Virus record (IMG/VR): IMGVR_UViG_3300045988_120652
Reading direction: 5' to 3' (one strand)
DNA: 64,000 nucleotides
From: a virus
Made by a program: the position numbers and the translations under genes. The notes under the pieces were generated by a model. It saw only the letters and a program-made list of their open reading frames with translations. It made no database searches and had not been told where the DNA came from. This document shows positions 34,641-43,152 of the stretch, piece by piece; position 1 is the first letter of the stretch; the number at the start of each line of letters is the position of its first letter.

Positions 34641-35177
34641 ATGGCGATTAAAGCTAAAGTGATAGTAAGAAGCAATTCTATCACGAAAGAAAAGGTTGCA
34701 AGTGCCAACATCGTTGACTTGCAGCCGATGTCATTCACCGAGTTTTGCGACTACATGGCGCAGGACTCTACAGTAGGCGTGGCGGACGTGATGGCCGTGA
34801 TGACGCAGTTGGAGAAGAAGTTGCCGCTTCTGCTCGCTCTGGGCACCAAGGTGCAGGTGTCTGCCGAGGGCATGGTGGTACGCCCTACCGTTAGCGGCTC
34901 GCTCACTCAGAGCCAGCTCAAGGCGAAGCTCGAAGCTCGCAAGGCAGAGGGCGAGGATGTTGACGTGAACCGCGAGATTACCGCTGCCGACCTCACCACT
35001 AAGGACCTCACAGCAGGCGTGGCCATCGACTTCTCAAGGAAGTTCAACGCTGCCTTCGCACAGCACGGAATGTTCAAGCGTGTGGGCGACGCTGCTGCAA
35101 CGAACGCTCCGTCGGCTCCCGGAACAGGTGGCGAGCAGAAGCCGGATGGAACACCGGGCGGCGAGGTGGACGCATAA
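34641..35177 (+). CDS. HU-like (HU-HIG type) DNA-binding protein
   Basis: MAIKAKVIV...MSFTEFCDYMAQDSTVGVADVMAVMTQLEKKLPLLLALGTKVQV resembles the Bacteroidales histone-like DNA-binding proteins. The C-terminal tail is low-complexity. Confidence 0.5.
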   Translation: MAIKAKVIVRSNSITKEKVASANIVDLQPMSFTEFCDYMAQDSTVGVADVMAVMTQLEKKLPLLLALGTKVQVSAEGMVVRPTVSGSLTQSQLKAKLEARKAEGEDVDVNREITAADLTTKDLTAGVAIDFSRKFNAAFAQHGMFKRVGDAAATNAPSAPGTGGEQKPDGTPGGEVDA

Positions 35178-35184
35178 TATTCGG

Positions 35185-35271
35185 AACTACAGAGAACACA
35201 GAGAACACAGAGACAGTTTTTACATCGGATTCTTCGGATTGAACTCCGTGTCCTTTGTGTCCTTTGTAGTT
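35185..35271. terminator. Long hairpin of the AACTACAGAG family
   Basis: aactacagagaacacagagaacac pairs with gtgtcctttgtgtcctttgtagtt, with G:U-type mismatches. Confidence 0.5.
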
Positions 35272-35428
35272 CTACTTCCCACTTATCCCGAAGGCCAAGG
35301 GACCGTACTCAGTGAGCCGCATGTCGCCACTCCGTTCAACGTATCTAACGGGCTCTGGTGCAGACGAGCGAGGAGAAGGAAAACTCAACCACTGCACATT
35401 TCTTTCATTAACGGATTTATAGAGAACA

Positions 35429-36052
35429 ATGAACACATTTATATCTACTTTTTTAGGATGGGCATTCTTTCTTGCTGCCATCTTCGGCTGGACGTTTTTT
35501 CTCGCCTTTGTCGTTTGGCGTGTGCGGATAATGCACAAGGAACGTCTTGCAAAGAAAAGCCAGCGGAAGAGAGAGGAGAAGCGGAAGACCGACTCTGACG
35601 ACATGCCTGTGCTCCTCAATCCGAAAGAGCGTCGCGAATACATGCTCAACCACATCGAGGACGGACGTTTTTACGCAATCTCCTCGCTCCGTGGCTCTGA
35701 CACCACCATTGTATGCGCCAAGCCGTATGATGCCGAAGAACAAATGCTATCTTGCTACGCTTACCTCTGGATAAGCGGGCGTGGTGTGTATAATCTGCAC
35801 GTTAGTGACCCTCGCGGTATATTAAAATTTCGTGATTTTTTTGGCAACAAGGCCCTGCGCATCGACTTCGACCGTAATCCTCACCTTGTTGTCTTTGAAG
35901 AAGAGAACATTTCTCAGTATATCGTAGATAGAGACTACAACGACTTCGTGCAAAGCTTGCAAAAGGCAGGATTCGACTGGAAGATTGAGAAGGGCGAAGA
36001 TAACGGACTGGGCTCTTATAAATATCTCTTGAAAGAAACAAGAACAAAATAG
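35429..36052 (+). CDS. Hypothetical membrane-anchored protein
   Basis: 207 aa with the N-terminal TM helix FLGWAFFLAAIFGWTFFLAFVVW. Confidence 0.55.
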   Translation: MNTFISTFLGWAFFLAAIFGWTFFLAFVVWRVRIMHKERLAKKSQRKREEKRKTDSDDMPVLLNPKERREYMLNHIEDGRFYAISSLRGSDTTIVCAKPYDAEEQMLSCYAYLWISGRGVYNLHVSDPRGILKFRDFFGNKALRIDFDRNPHLVVFEEENISQYIVDRDYNDFVQSLQKAGFDWKIEKGEDNGLGSYKYLLKETRTK

Positions 36053-36091
36053 CAAGCAACAATTCAATAAAACAATTAAATTTCATTTCTT

Positions 36092-36910
36092 ATGAGAAAA
36101 TTATTTTCAATTCTTTTTGCGTTTGTCGCAGTAGTGATGTTATCCTCGTGCCGTTTTGTGTCGCCCGATGCCGACGAGGAAGCCGTGTTGGTGAAGAAGC
36201 CTTGGTTCTTCGGACACGGAGGAGTAGACAACGACCCCGTTCAGAGTGGTCTGACATGGTGTGCCATGAGCACACGTGCCGAGACGTTCAAGATTGTTCC
36301 GGTACGCCATGAGGTTGTTCTTGACGACATCTTCTCTGACGACAACACACCGCTTGACTTCCATTCTGTCATAGTCACTCAGGTGGAGCAAGGCAAGTCG
36401 CCCGTGCTGTTGCAGAACTATGGACGCGACTGGTTTAACACCAACCTCTACAACTACTTCTGCAATCTTGTCAGAGACCATATCTCGCAGTATAGTCCGT
36501 TCGACTTGATGTCTAACCGTCAGGTATTGAGCACCATCGACAAGAAGATTCTGAAGCAGATGCAGGAGTACGTTGCTGCCCTCTCCAAGCACAAGCCGAT
36601 GCCCGTCATCATCAAGGACGTTATCATCGGCAAGGCTACACCCAACAAGGAACAGCTTGCCGAAATGAACCGCACGGCAAAGATGGTACAGGCCAAGCAG
36701 ACGCAGGAACGTGAATATGAGGTTCAGGTGGCTCGCGAGAAGGCCGAGCGCCAAAAGGCTGTGGCAGACAAGGCGTATATGAGCGAGATGAATCTTAGCC
36801 CGCAGCAGTTTATTCAGCTTAAATGGGTGGAGACGGTGGCTCAGAAGCAGGGCGCAAACATAGACGTGCTCGTAGGCCCGGCTGAGCACATGTGGAATAT
36901 CAAACGATAA
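36092..36910 (+). CDS. SPFH/band-7 domain lipoprotein
   Basis: Lipobox signal MRKLFSILFAFVAVVMLSSC plus a prohibitin-like body and a C-terminal coiled coil. Preferred over the antisense ORF 36140..36922. Confidence 0.55.
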   Translation: MRKLFSILFAFVAVVMLSSCRFVSPDADEEAVLVKKPWFFGHGGVDNDPVQSGLTWCAMSTRAETFKIVPVRHEVVLDDIFSDDNTPLDFHSVIVTQVEQGKSPVLLQNYGRDWFNTNLYNYFCNLVRDHISQYSPFDLMSNRQVLSTIDKKILKQMQEYVAALSKHKPMPVIIKDVIIGKATPNKEQLAEMNRTAKMVQAKQTQEREYEVQVAREKAERQKAVADKAYMSEMNLSPQQFIQLKWVETVAQKQGANIDVLVGPAEHMWNIKR

Positions 36911-36939
36911 AAAGTATATCAATCAAAAATAAAATAATC

Positions 36940-37353
36940 ATGAATATCATTTTTTCAACACTCATCGTGATTCTCATCATCCTGCTGTTCACCATCTTTG
37001 CAGCATGGATAGACAAGTTCAACGCAAAGCACAAGGAGGCTTTCATTGAGGAAACTCTCGACCGTAAGGAGGCGTTCATTGAGAAAGCCATTGACAAGGT
37101 TTCATCGCTCCTTACTTCCAAAATCGCCGTGGTGATGGATCAGTACAAAGCTGGTCCGTGGTATCTTGTGGTATATACCAAGGAAGCCAACCACCCTATA
37201 TGGATCTCTAACAACAATATCCGCAGCGTACACCCCGACCCGAAGAACCGCAAAATCATTATCAAGCAGTTCTGTAATGAGGATATGGTGATTGAGAACG
37301 TGGAGAACTACGAGTTGTGCTCTGCCAACGAAATGTGCGACTACGACATGTAG
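36940..37353 (+). CDS. Hypothetical membrane-anchored protein
   Basis: Internal ATG (MNIIFSTLIVILIILLFTIFAAW) of ORF 36892..37353. Confidence 0.5.
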   Translation: MNIIFSTLIVILIILLFTIFAAWIDKFNAKHKEAFIEETLDRKEAFIEKAIDKVSSLLTSKIAVVMDQYKAGPWYLVVYTKEANHPIWISNNNIRSVHPDPKNRKIIIKQFCNEDMVIENVENYELCSANEMCDYDM

Positions 37354-37412
37354 GCAACGAATACTTCATACTTTGACTGGATGTTTCATACGGAAATGTT
37401 AACTTTTGCTTT

Positions 37413-37446
37413 AGCTCTGCCGTCCGTGAGGATAGCAGGGCTTTTT
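37413..37446 (+). terminator. Rho-independent terminator
   Basis: The stem agctctgc / gcagggct is followed by ttttt. The loop ccgtgaggata resembles the terminator at 59451. Confidence 0.55.
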
Positions 37447-37520
37447 CTATGTCCGCACCTTCTCCCCGTCTTTCCTTAACTTTGCGCTATAGACATTCAA
37501 CAAAACACATATTCAACACA

Positions 37521-39281
37521 ATGACAACAGTTAGCAACTTAAACGAGCTCCAACAACGTAGTGAGGAGCTTCAGTCGCAAGGCTACGAGGCCGTTCTGCC
37601 TGGCGCGTTCTGTGCGCCCAAGCAGGGAGGCAGCAGTGTGTGTTCATGGGGCGATTACGTTCACCAGAAGCTCACGGCTTCGGCCACCATGACCGGAGCG
37701 GAAGGCAATGCGGCAAGACGGGAGATTTCTGCCGTGTTCGGCTCGTCGGGCGGCGAGAACAAAGCCAAACCCGAAGGTGTGGGCACTAAGGGATTGGGCT
37801 TTATGGAGTGGGGATTGGACAACCGACTGCCTAACCTCATATATCTGCTCTCCAAGATGTCGCCCTTTCCGGCAGCGGGAGTTGACTTCGTGAAGAAAAT
37901 CCTCGTGGGCCGTGGGCCGTGCGCCAAGTATCACTATACGCAGTATGTCGGTGGCAATATCACCGAGAAGTCTATTTCCTACCCTTCGGCTGGCACCTTG
38001 CTCCGCGGGCAGATAGCCGACCTCAAGGCTAAGGAAAAGCAAATGTCAGAATCGGAAAACCAATCTTCACAATCGGATAACCAATTCACAAAATCGGTTA
38101 ATCAACTCTCACAATCGGCAAACAATTCTGAGAGTGAAGACAGCGAGGAAATGAAGTCGTTGAAGGCAGCATTGGAAGAATGGAAGCGCACCAACGAGGA
38201 GTTGCAAGCCTTCATCGAGAACAACGACCTCCACAAGACCTACCTTGAGATGGCAGGCGATATGTCGCTCATGTCGCAATGCTTCTGCGAGTTGCAGCTC
38301 AATCAACGCCAGTTGGACGAAAACGGCCGTCCCGTGCCTACGTCGCAGTGGAACCCGAAGATTGTGGGCATAAAGCCTCGCTCGGTGTTCACCACCCGAC
38401 TGGAGCGCATGGACAGTCAGTATCGCATCAACTATGCCTACCTCTCTAACCAGTGGCTCGACTCCACGCAGACGCTCGCCGAAACCGACCGTCGCATTGC
38501 CGCCGTGCCTTATCTCGCAGCCGACACAGCCGTAGCTGATCTCAACCGCCATGTGCGTGAGGCTCGTCAGCAGCGTGTGAGCCGCAAGAACCGCCCAACA
38601 CGCTTCATCATGTCGCCACGCGACTTTGGCGGTCCTTACTATGCCGATGCCATGTGGCACAGCATCTTTGCCGGAAGCATCTTCGAGTATGCCTTCACCA
38701 TCATCGACGACCGACTCACTCGCAAGCGCAACAGCAACATTATCGGTCGTGTCATATACATCCATCAGGAATACCTCAAGCAGCTCTACACGCAGCAGGG
38801 CGAGAACAAAAGCAAGACGATGGCTCAGATACAGCAGGAGGTGTTCACCGACATCAACCGCTGGCTCTCCAATCCCGACAATGCAGGTCAGGCTCTTATC
38901 TCTGCCGTGTTTACCGGACTGGACGGCAAGGAGCACAAGGCATGGGAGATTGTGGAGATTGAGAGCAAGGCCAACTCGCAAGCGCAAGCCGAGAAGACCG
39001 AGCTTCAGGAAATATCTTCCATCATCTTCTTTGCCATGGGCTTGGACTCGAAGCTCATTGGCAACACCCCAGGCGACGCTACATCATCGGGCGGCACCGA
39101 CCTCCGCGAGCGTTTCCTTGTAAAGCAAATTCAGTTCGCCCCATTGCAGCAGCTCATGCTCCGACCGTTGGAGGTGATAAGCAAGTTCAATAAATGGGAC
39201 TCGCACCTTGTGTGGCAGATAGACCGCGAAGTGCTCACCACGCTGGATAACTCGAAAACAGGGGTGACGATGCAGGAATAG
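37521..39281 (+). CDS. Portal protein candidate
   Basis: 586 aa from MTTVSNL (ORF 37449..39281). The call rests on size, an acidic/Ser-rich insert and a TSSGGTDLRE-type segment, so it is tentative. Confidence 0.4.
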   Translation: MTTVSNLNELQQRSEELQSQGYEAVLPGAFCAPKQGGSSVCSWGDYVHQKLTASATMTGAEGNAARREISAVFGSSGGENKAKPEGVGTKGLGFMEWGLDNRLPNLIYLLSKMSPFPAAGVDFVKKILVGRGPCAKYHYTQYVGGNITEKSISYPSAGTLLRGQIADLKAKEKQMSESENQSSQSDNQFTKSVNQLSQSANNSESEDSEEMKSLKAALEEWKRTNEELQAFIENNDLHKTYLEMAGDMSLMSQCFCELQLNQRQLDENGRPVPTSQWNPKIVGIKPRSVFTTRLERMDSQYRINYAYLSNQWLDSTQTLAETDRRIAAVPYLAADTAVADLNRHVREARQQRVSRKNRPTRFIMSPRDFGGPYYADAMWHSIFAGSIFEYAFTIIDDRLTRKRNSNIIGRVIYIHQEYLKQLYTQQGENKSKTMAQIQQEVFTDINRWLSNPDNAGQALISAVFTGLDGKEHKAWEIVEIESKANSQAQAEKTELQEISSIIFFAMGLDSKLIGNTPGDATSSGGTDLRERFLVKQIQFAPLQQLMLRPLEVISKFNKWDSHLVWQIDREVLTTLDNSKTGVTMQE

Positions 39282-39296
39282 TAACGAATAAATGAT

Positions 39297-39352
39297 ATAG
39301 AGAATGATAGAACTGAATAAGATATATAATGAAGACTGCCTCGAAGGAATGA
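39297..39352. repeat. Inverted-repeat arm, partner 871..926
   Basis: See the 871..926 entry. Confidence 0.85.
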
Positions 39353-40074
39353 AAAGGATTCCAGACGGGAGCGTGGATTGCATCGTATGCGATTTGCCGT
39401 ATGAAGTTCTGAACAAAGGCAATGAAAAGGCACGATGGGATAACATTATCCCGATGGAGCCTCTATTCAAGGAATACTGGCGAATAGCAAAAACTAACGC
39501 TCCTATTATTCTCTTCGGTCAAGGAATGTTTACGGCACAGCTAATGATGGCAGAACCTGACACATGGCGATATAATCTGATTTGGCAAAAAGACAGACCA
39601 ACAGGATTTCTCAATGCGAAGCGGATGCCTATGCGGAGCCATGAGGATATTGCTGTGTTCTATCGTGCGCTACCTACATACAATCCACAAATGAGACAAG
39701 GTTTCCCCTCTCACACACGAGGGCATAAACACGGAAAAGCAAAGGGTAATGTCTGTTATGGCAACTATAATATTGAGACCTACTCAAAAGAAGTAACAAC
39801 AGAGAAATATCCTATATCTGTATTGTTCTTCGACAAAGAAAAGAATCTTGATATGCACCCCACTCAAAAGCCCGTAGCTCTTATTCAGTACCTCATTCGC
39901 ACTTACTCCAACGAGGGCGACACCATCTTAGACAACTGTATGGGTAGCGGAACCACCGCCATTGCAGCCATCCGCGAGAAGCGCAACTTCATCGGCTTCG
40001 AGCTCAACAAGGAGTATTACGACAAGGCTTGCAAACGCATTAAGTTGGAGCAAGCGCAGCTCAAGCTGTTCTGA
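39304..40074 (+). CDS. DNA methyltransferase, beta-class amino-MTase (N6-adenine or N4-cytosine)
   Basis: Motif IV variant VCDLPYE and motif I LDNCMGSGTTAIAA. Its termini are shared with 18..920 but the central ~200 aa differ. Confidence 0.85.
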   Translation: MIELNKIYNEDCLEGMKRIPDGSVDCIVCDLPYEVLNKGNEKARWDNIIPMEPLFKEYWRIAKTNAPIILFGQGMFTAQLMMAEPDTWRYNLIWQKDRPTGFLNAKRMPMRSHEDIAVFYRALPTYNPQMRQGFPSHTRGHKHGKAKGNVCYGNYNIETYSKEVTTEKYPISVLFFDKEKNLDMHPTQKPVALIQYLIRTYSNEGDTILDNCMGSGTTAIAAIREKRNFIGFELNKEYYDKACKRIKLEQAQLKLF

Positions 40075-40091
40075 CAACTCAAAAATGGATA
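39979..40091. repeat. Inverted-repeat arm, partner 1..113
   Basis: See the 1..113 entry. Confidence 0.85.
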
Positions 40092-40143
40092 ATTCCTAAT
40101 CGCCAACGGCGACAATTCAAAATTCAAAACTCAAAATTCGCAC

Positions 40144-41181
40144 ATGATACTATCAACCACCAAGGAGCTTCGGCTCCACATCCCCAGCAACGCCATTGAC
40201 GACATCAGCTATCTTCAAGGCATACTCGACAACAGCGAGAAAGATTTTCTGCGCGACAAGTTGGGCGACTCGCTCTACAACCGTTTGTGCGAGTATTATC
40301 ATACCGTTTCGCCCGACGACTTCTACATGGCAGTCTGTAACGGAGAGCACACACAGCAGCCCTGGATGCAACTCCTGCTTATGGCACAGCGCATGGTGAC
40401 ATACGATGCCATGTCGCGCTTCGCCTACACACAGGCCCTCTCCATCAACGGCACCGGCATCAACGTGGCTTCAAGCGAAGACTACGGCACGGCATCCAAA
40501 GACCTTCTCGACAAGGGAGTGCAAGGCTACAAGCGCGAGGCAATGGTGTCGCTCAACCAAATGCTTGTGATGCTCGAAGGTTGGGCTAAGAAGATGGCTA
40601 CACCCGCAGCCATTGCCGAAGCCGACTCCACCGACCCACCGACCACCGAACCAAAGGACGAGGAGCACAAAGCCATTGAAGAGATAAGCCTATTGTGGCA
40701 GGAGAGCCAGTACTACTACGCCCACCACGACCTCCTCATTGCCACATGTGCCGACCTTCAGCACTACCTCGACATCTACGAGAGCCGTGAGAAGTTCATC
40801 CGTCTTCTGCCTGATCTCCACTTCATTCAAGACGAATACATCAGTGAGGCAATAGGCGAGCCGATGGTGCAGCACCTGCTCACCACCACCGACCCTGCCG
40901 ACAAGCCACTCCTTCGCAAGGTACGCCGCCTGATGGTAGCTCACCTCGAAGAGCGCACAACAATTCTCACTATTGACAAGGCACGCCGAGCCGCTGCCCA
41001 CAACGAAGCCATCGCCCTACGCACCTCGGTGCTCCGGCTCATGGAAATGCGCAAGGCAATGGACGCTGCCAACGCCACCCCTACCGACAAGCCCTCAACC
41101 AACACCACCGACTCAACAAGCAAAGGCTACGAGAACAACCAGCCAGACAGTAAAATATTCGTGTCGCCACTACTGTATTAG
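40144..41181 (+). CDS. Hypothetical protein
   Basis: 345-aa ORF. Confidence 0.6.
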   Translation: MILSTTKELRLHIPSNAIDDISYLQGILDNSEKDFLRDKLGDSLYNRLCEYYHTVSPDDFYMAVCNGEHTQQPWMQLLLMAQRMVTYDAMSRFAYTQALSINGTGINVASSEDYGTASKDLLDKGVQGYKREAMVSLNQMLVMLEGWAKKMATPAAIAEADSTDPPTTEPKDEEHKAIEEISLLWQESQYYYAHHDLLIATCADLQHYLDIYESREKFIRLLPDLHFIQDEYISEAIGEPMVQHLLTTTDPADKPLLRKVRRLMVAHLEERTTILTIDKARRAAAHNEAIALRTSVLRLMEMRKAMDAANATPTDKPSTNTTDSTSKGYENNQPDSKIFVSPLLY

Positions 41182-41276
41182 TATTCCCAAGGCTTAGAAA
41201 GGCCCAGTAAGGGTCATAATCCCCAAAGGCTTAGAAAGGCCCAATAAGGCCCAGTAAGGCTTAAAAATAAAAATTT

Positions 41277-42338
41277 ATGGAAGAAATAATCCGCATCCTA
41301 ACCCCTGCCCTCTCCGCTCGCATGCTCACCTCCGACCAGCGTGAAGCTTTCGAGCGTGGTCTTACTCTTCTCGAGCAGAATCCACGGGCAACGTCGTTCG
41401 TAAAGGAGAGCCGACGATTCCGCGACTACCATCGTCGTGTGCGTCAGCTCCTCACCTATCTGCAAACCATGCAGACCTCTCGTACGGAGATAAAGCGTCA
41501 CGTCGGTCGTCCCACCCGTGAGGAACAGGCACTCTATGCCGAGCAGCAGAAGGAGAAGGCTCTTGAGGAAGCGCGTCGCTCGCTCTTCCCCGACTTGCAG
41601 CCCGACCTCACCTTGCAGCCTCTCACCTACGGCGGCATCGTGGCCAACCCTAACGGTGAGACCATCGCGTCCACCATGCCCAACCTCATGCAGCTCCGAC
41701 CGTTCCTCTCCGAACGTCTGCAAGAGCAAGTCAACTCCGTGCGCTCCCTGCGCAACGAGATGGCAGCAAAGTCTGAGCAAGCCAAGACCATGGCCGAAGC
41801 CAACGAGAAGGCTGGCCTACCTATCTACACCGAAGAAGAGATTGCCCTTCTCGCCACCCGTGCCGTAAAGATAGAAAGCGAAATCCTGCCTCGTATCTAC
41901 ATCAACGTTGACCGCGAAATAGGCGAGGCATACCTTCGCCTATCCCCACGCACCGGCGACCCCGAATACATCGCCCGAATAGAGAAGGCGTGCAACGTTC
42001 CACCGCAGAACCTACGCGCCCAGTTCCGTCCCTTCTACGACAAGGCACTCGCCCGTGACCCTCTCTTCGCCCAGTCGGTAGCCGACAAGATAGCCAACGA
42101 CCGCCCCGAGGTGAAAGCCGCCCGCGATGCAGCAGCCAAGCATAAAGCCGAAGCCGACGCTCTCATCAAGTACATCATGCGCAAGGACAAGCCATCGACC
42201 AAAGCCCGCATAAAGGGCCTTACCGACCGTATCGCCAAGCTCCGCAAAGACTACGCCGACATTGTGAGCGAGGACGAACTGAAAGGCTACGAGGCTATCT
42301 TAGAGAATGTTAAGAGAAAAGTGAAAAGTGAAAAGTGA
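41277..42338 (+). CDS. Hypothetical protein
   Basis: 353-aa ORF, helical and charged. Its 3' end runs into GTGAAAA heptads. Confidence 0.6.
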   Translation: MEEIIRILTPALSARMLTSDQREAFERGLTLLEQNPRATSFVKESRRFRDYHRRVRQLLTYLQTMQTSRTEIKRHVGRPTREEQALYAEQQKEKALEEARRSLFPDLQPDLTLQPLTYGGIVANPNGETIASTMPNLMQLRPFLSERLQEQVNSVRSLRNEMAAKSEQAKTMAEANEKAGLPIYTEEEIALLATRAVKIESEILPRIYINVDREIGEAYLRLSPRTGDPEYIARIEKACNVPPQNLRAQFRPFYDKALARDPLFAQSVADKIANDRPEVKAARDAAAKHKAEADALIKYIMRKDKPSTKARIKGLTDRIAKLRKDYADIVSEDELKGYEAILENVKRKVKSEK

Positions 42339-42452
42339 AAAATCCAATAGCTAAGAGCAATCAAGTTTCACCACGGCTTAGAAAGGCCTAAAAAGGCTTA
42401 GAAAGGCCCAGTCAAAAATAAAAAGGCTTAGTAAGGCTTAAATACAAGACCC

Positions 42453-43094
42453 ATGACCTCATTCGATCAACTCAAACAAATCTGCACCACCGCCTGCCAC
42501 GACCGCCACGCTTGCGCCGAAGGCTATCGTGCCATGCTCGCCACCGAAAATATCAGTCAGCTAATGGCTGTGTGGCGAGCCAACTGGGAAGACCTCGTTG
42601 AGAGCAAATACGCCGACATTATCAACGAACTGCTTCCTGTTTTCTACCCCTCACTAAAGGAAGAAATGAACGCAGCTGGCATCTACGTCAACGAATGTCC
42701 GCAGACAGCACCCGAGTACGTCCTTGTTATTGTTACCGACTACGACCACATCGTTGAGATAAACGACTACGCCAAGTGTTACGTCATTGGAAAGGCATGG
42801 GTTCGAGCCTTGGATCACGCCCAGGTGTATAGCGAAAAAAGCAAAAGAGCCTTCATTGCTCTTTACGATTACTCCTACGGTCACGTCAGCAAAGGTAAGA
42901 CGGTAGCCTTTGGTCGATCTCGTCTATGGACCTCCACCAACGCTTCGCTTAATGGCAGCGTGACGTGCGAAGCCCACGGCGGCGAGATACATACCATCAG
43001 CTATCTGAAGATTGAAGCCTATGGCGATACCAAGGTGTTCAGCAAAACCGACCGCAATATCACACTATACGGCAACGCCAAGATAATAGTATAA
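42453..43094 (+). CDS. Hypothetical protein
   Basis: 213-aa ORF. Confidence 0.6.
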   Translation: MTSFDQLKQICTTACHDRHACAEGYRAMLATENISQLMAVWRANWEDLVESKYADIINELLPVFYPSLKEEMNAAGIYVNECPQTAPEYVLVIVTDYDHIVEINDYAKCYVIGKAWVRALDHAQVYSEKSKRAFIALYDYSYGHVSKGKTVAFGRSRLWTSTNASLNGSVTCEAHGGEIHTISYLKIEAYGDTKVFSKTDRNITLYGNAKIIV

Positions 43095-43152
43095 CAAGAA
43101 AGCCCAGTAGACCCCAGTAAGGCTCTGTAAGACCCATTAAAAAACAACCAAA

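Noticed and set aside
35080-35598. A 172-aa plus-strand ORF spanning the HU-like gene end, the hairpin and the next gene start.
   Set aside because: It runs through a long palindromic terminator and overlaps two better-supported CDS in other frames.
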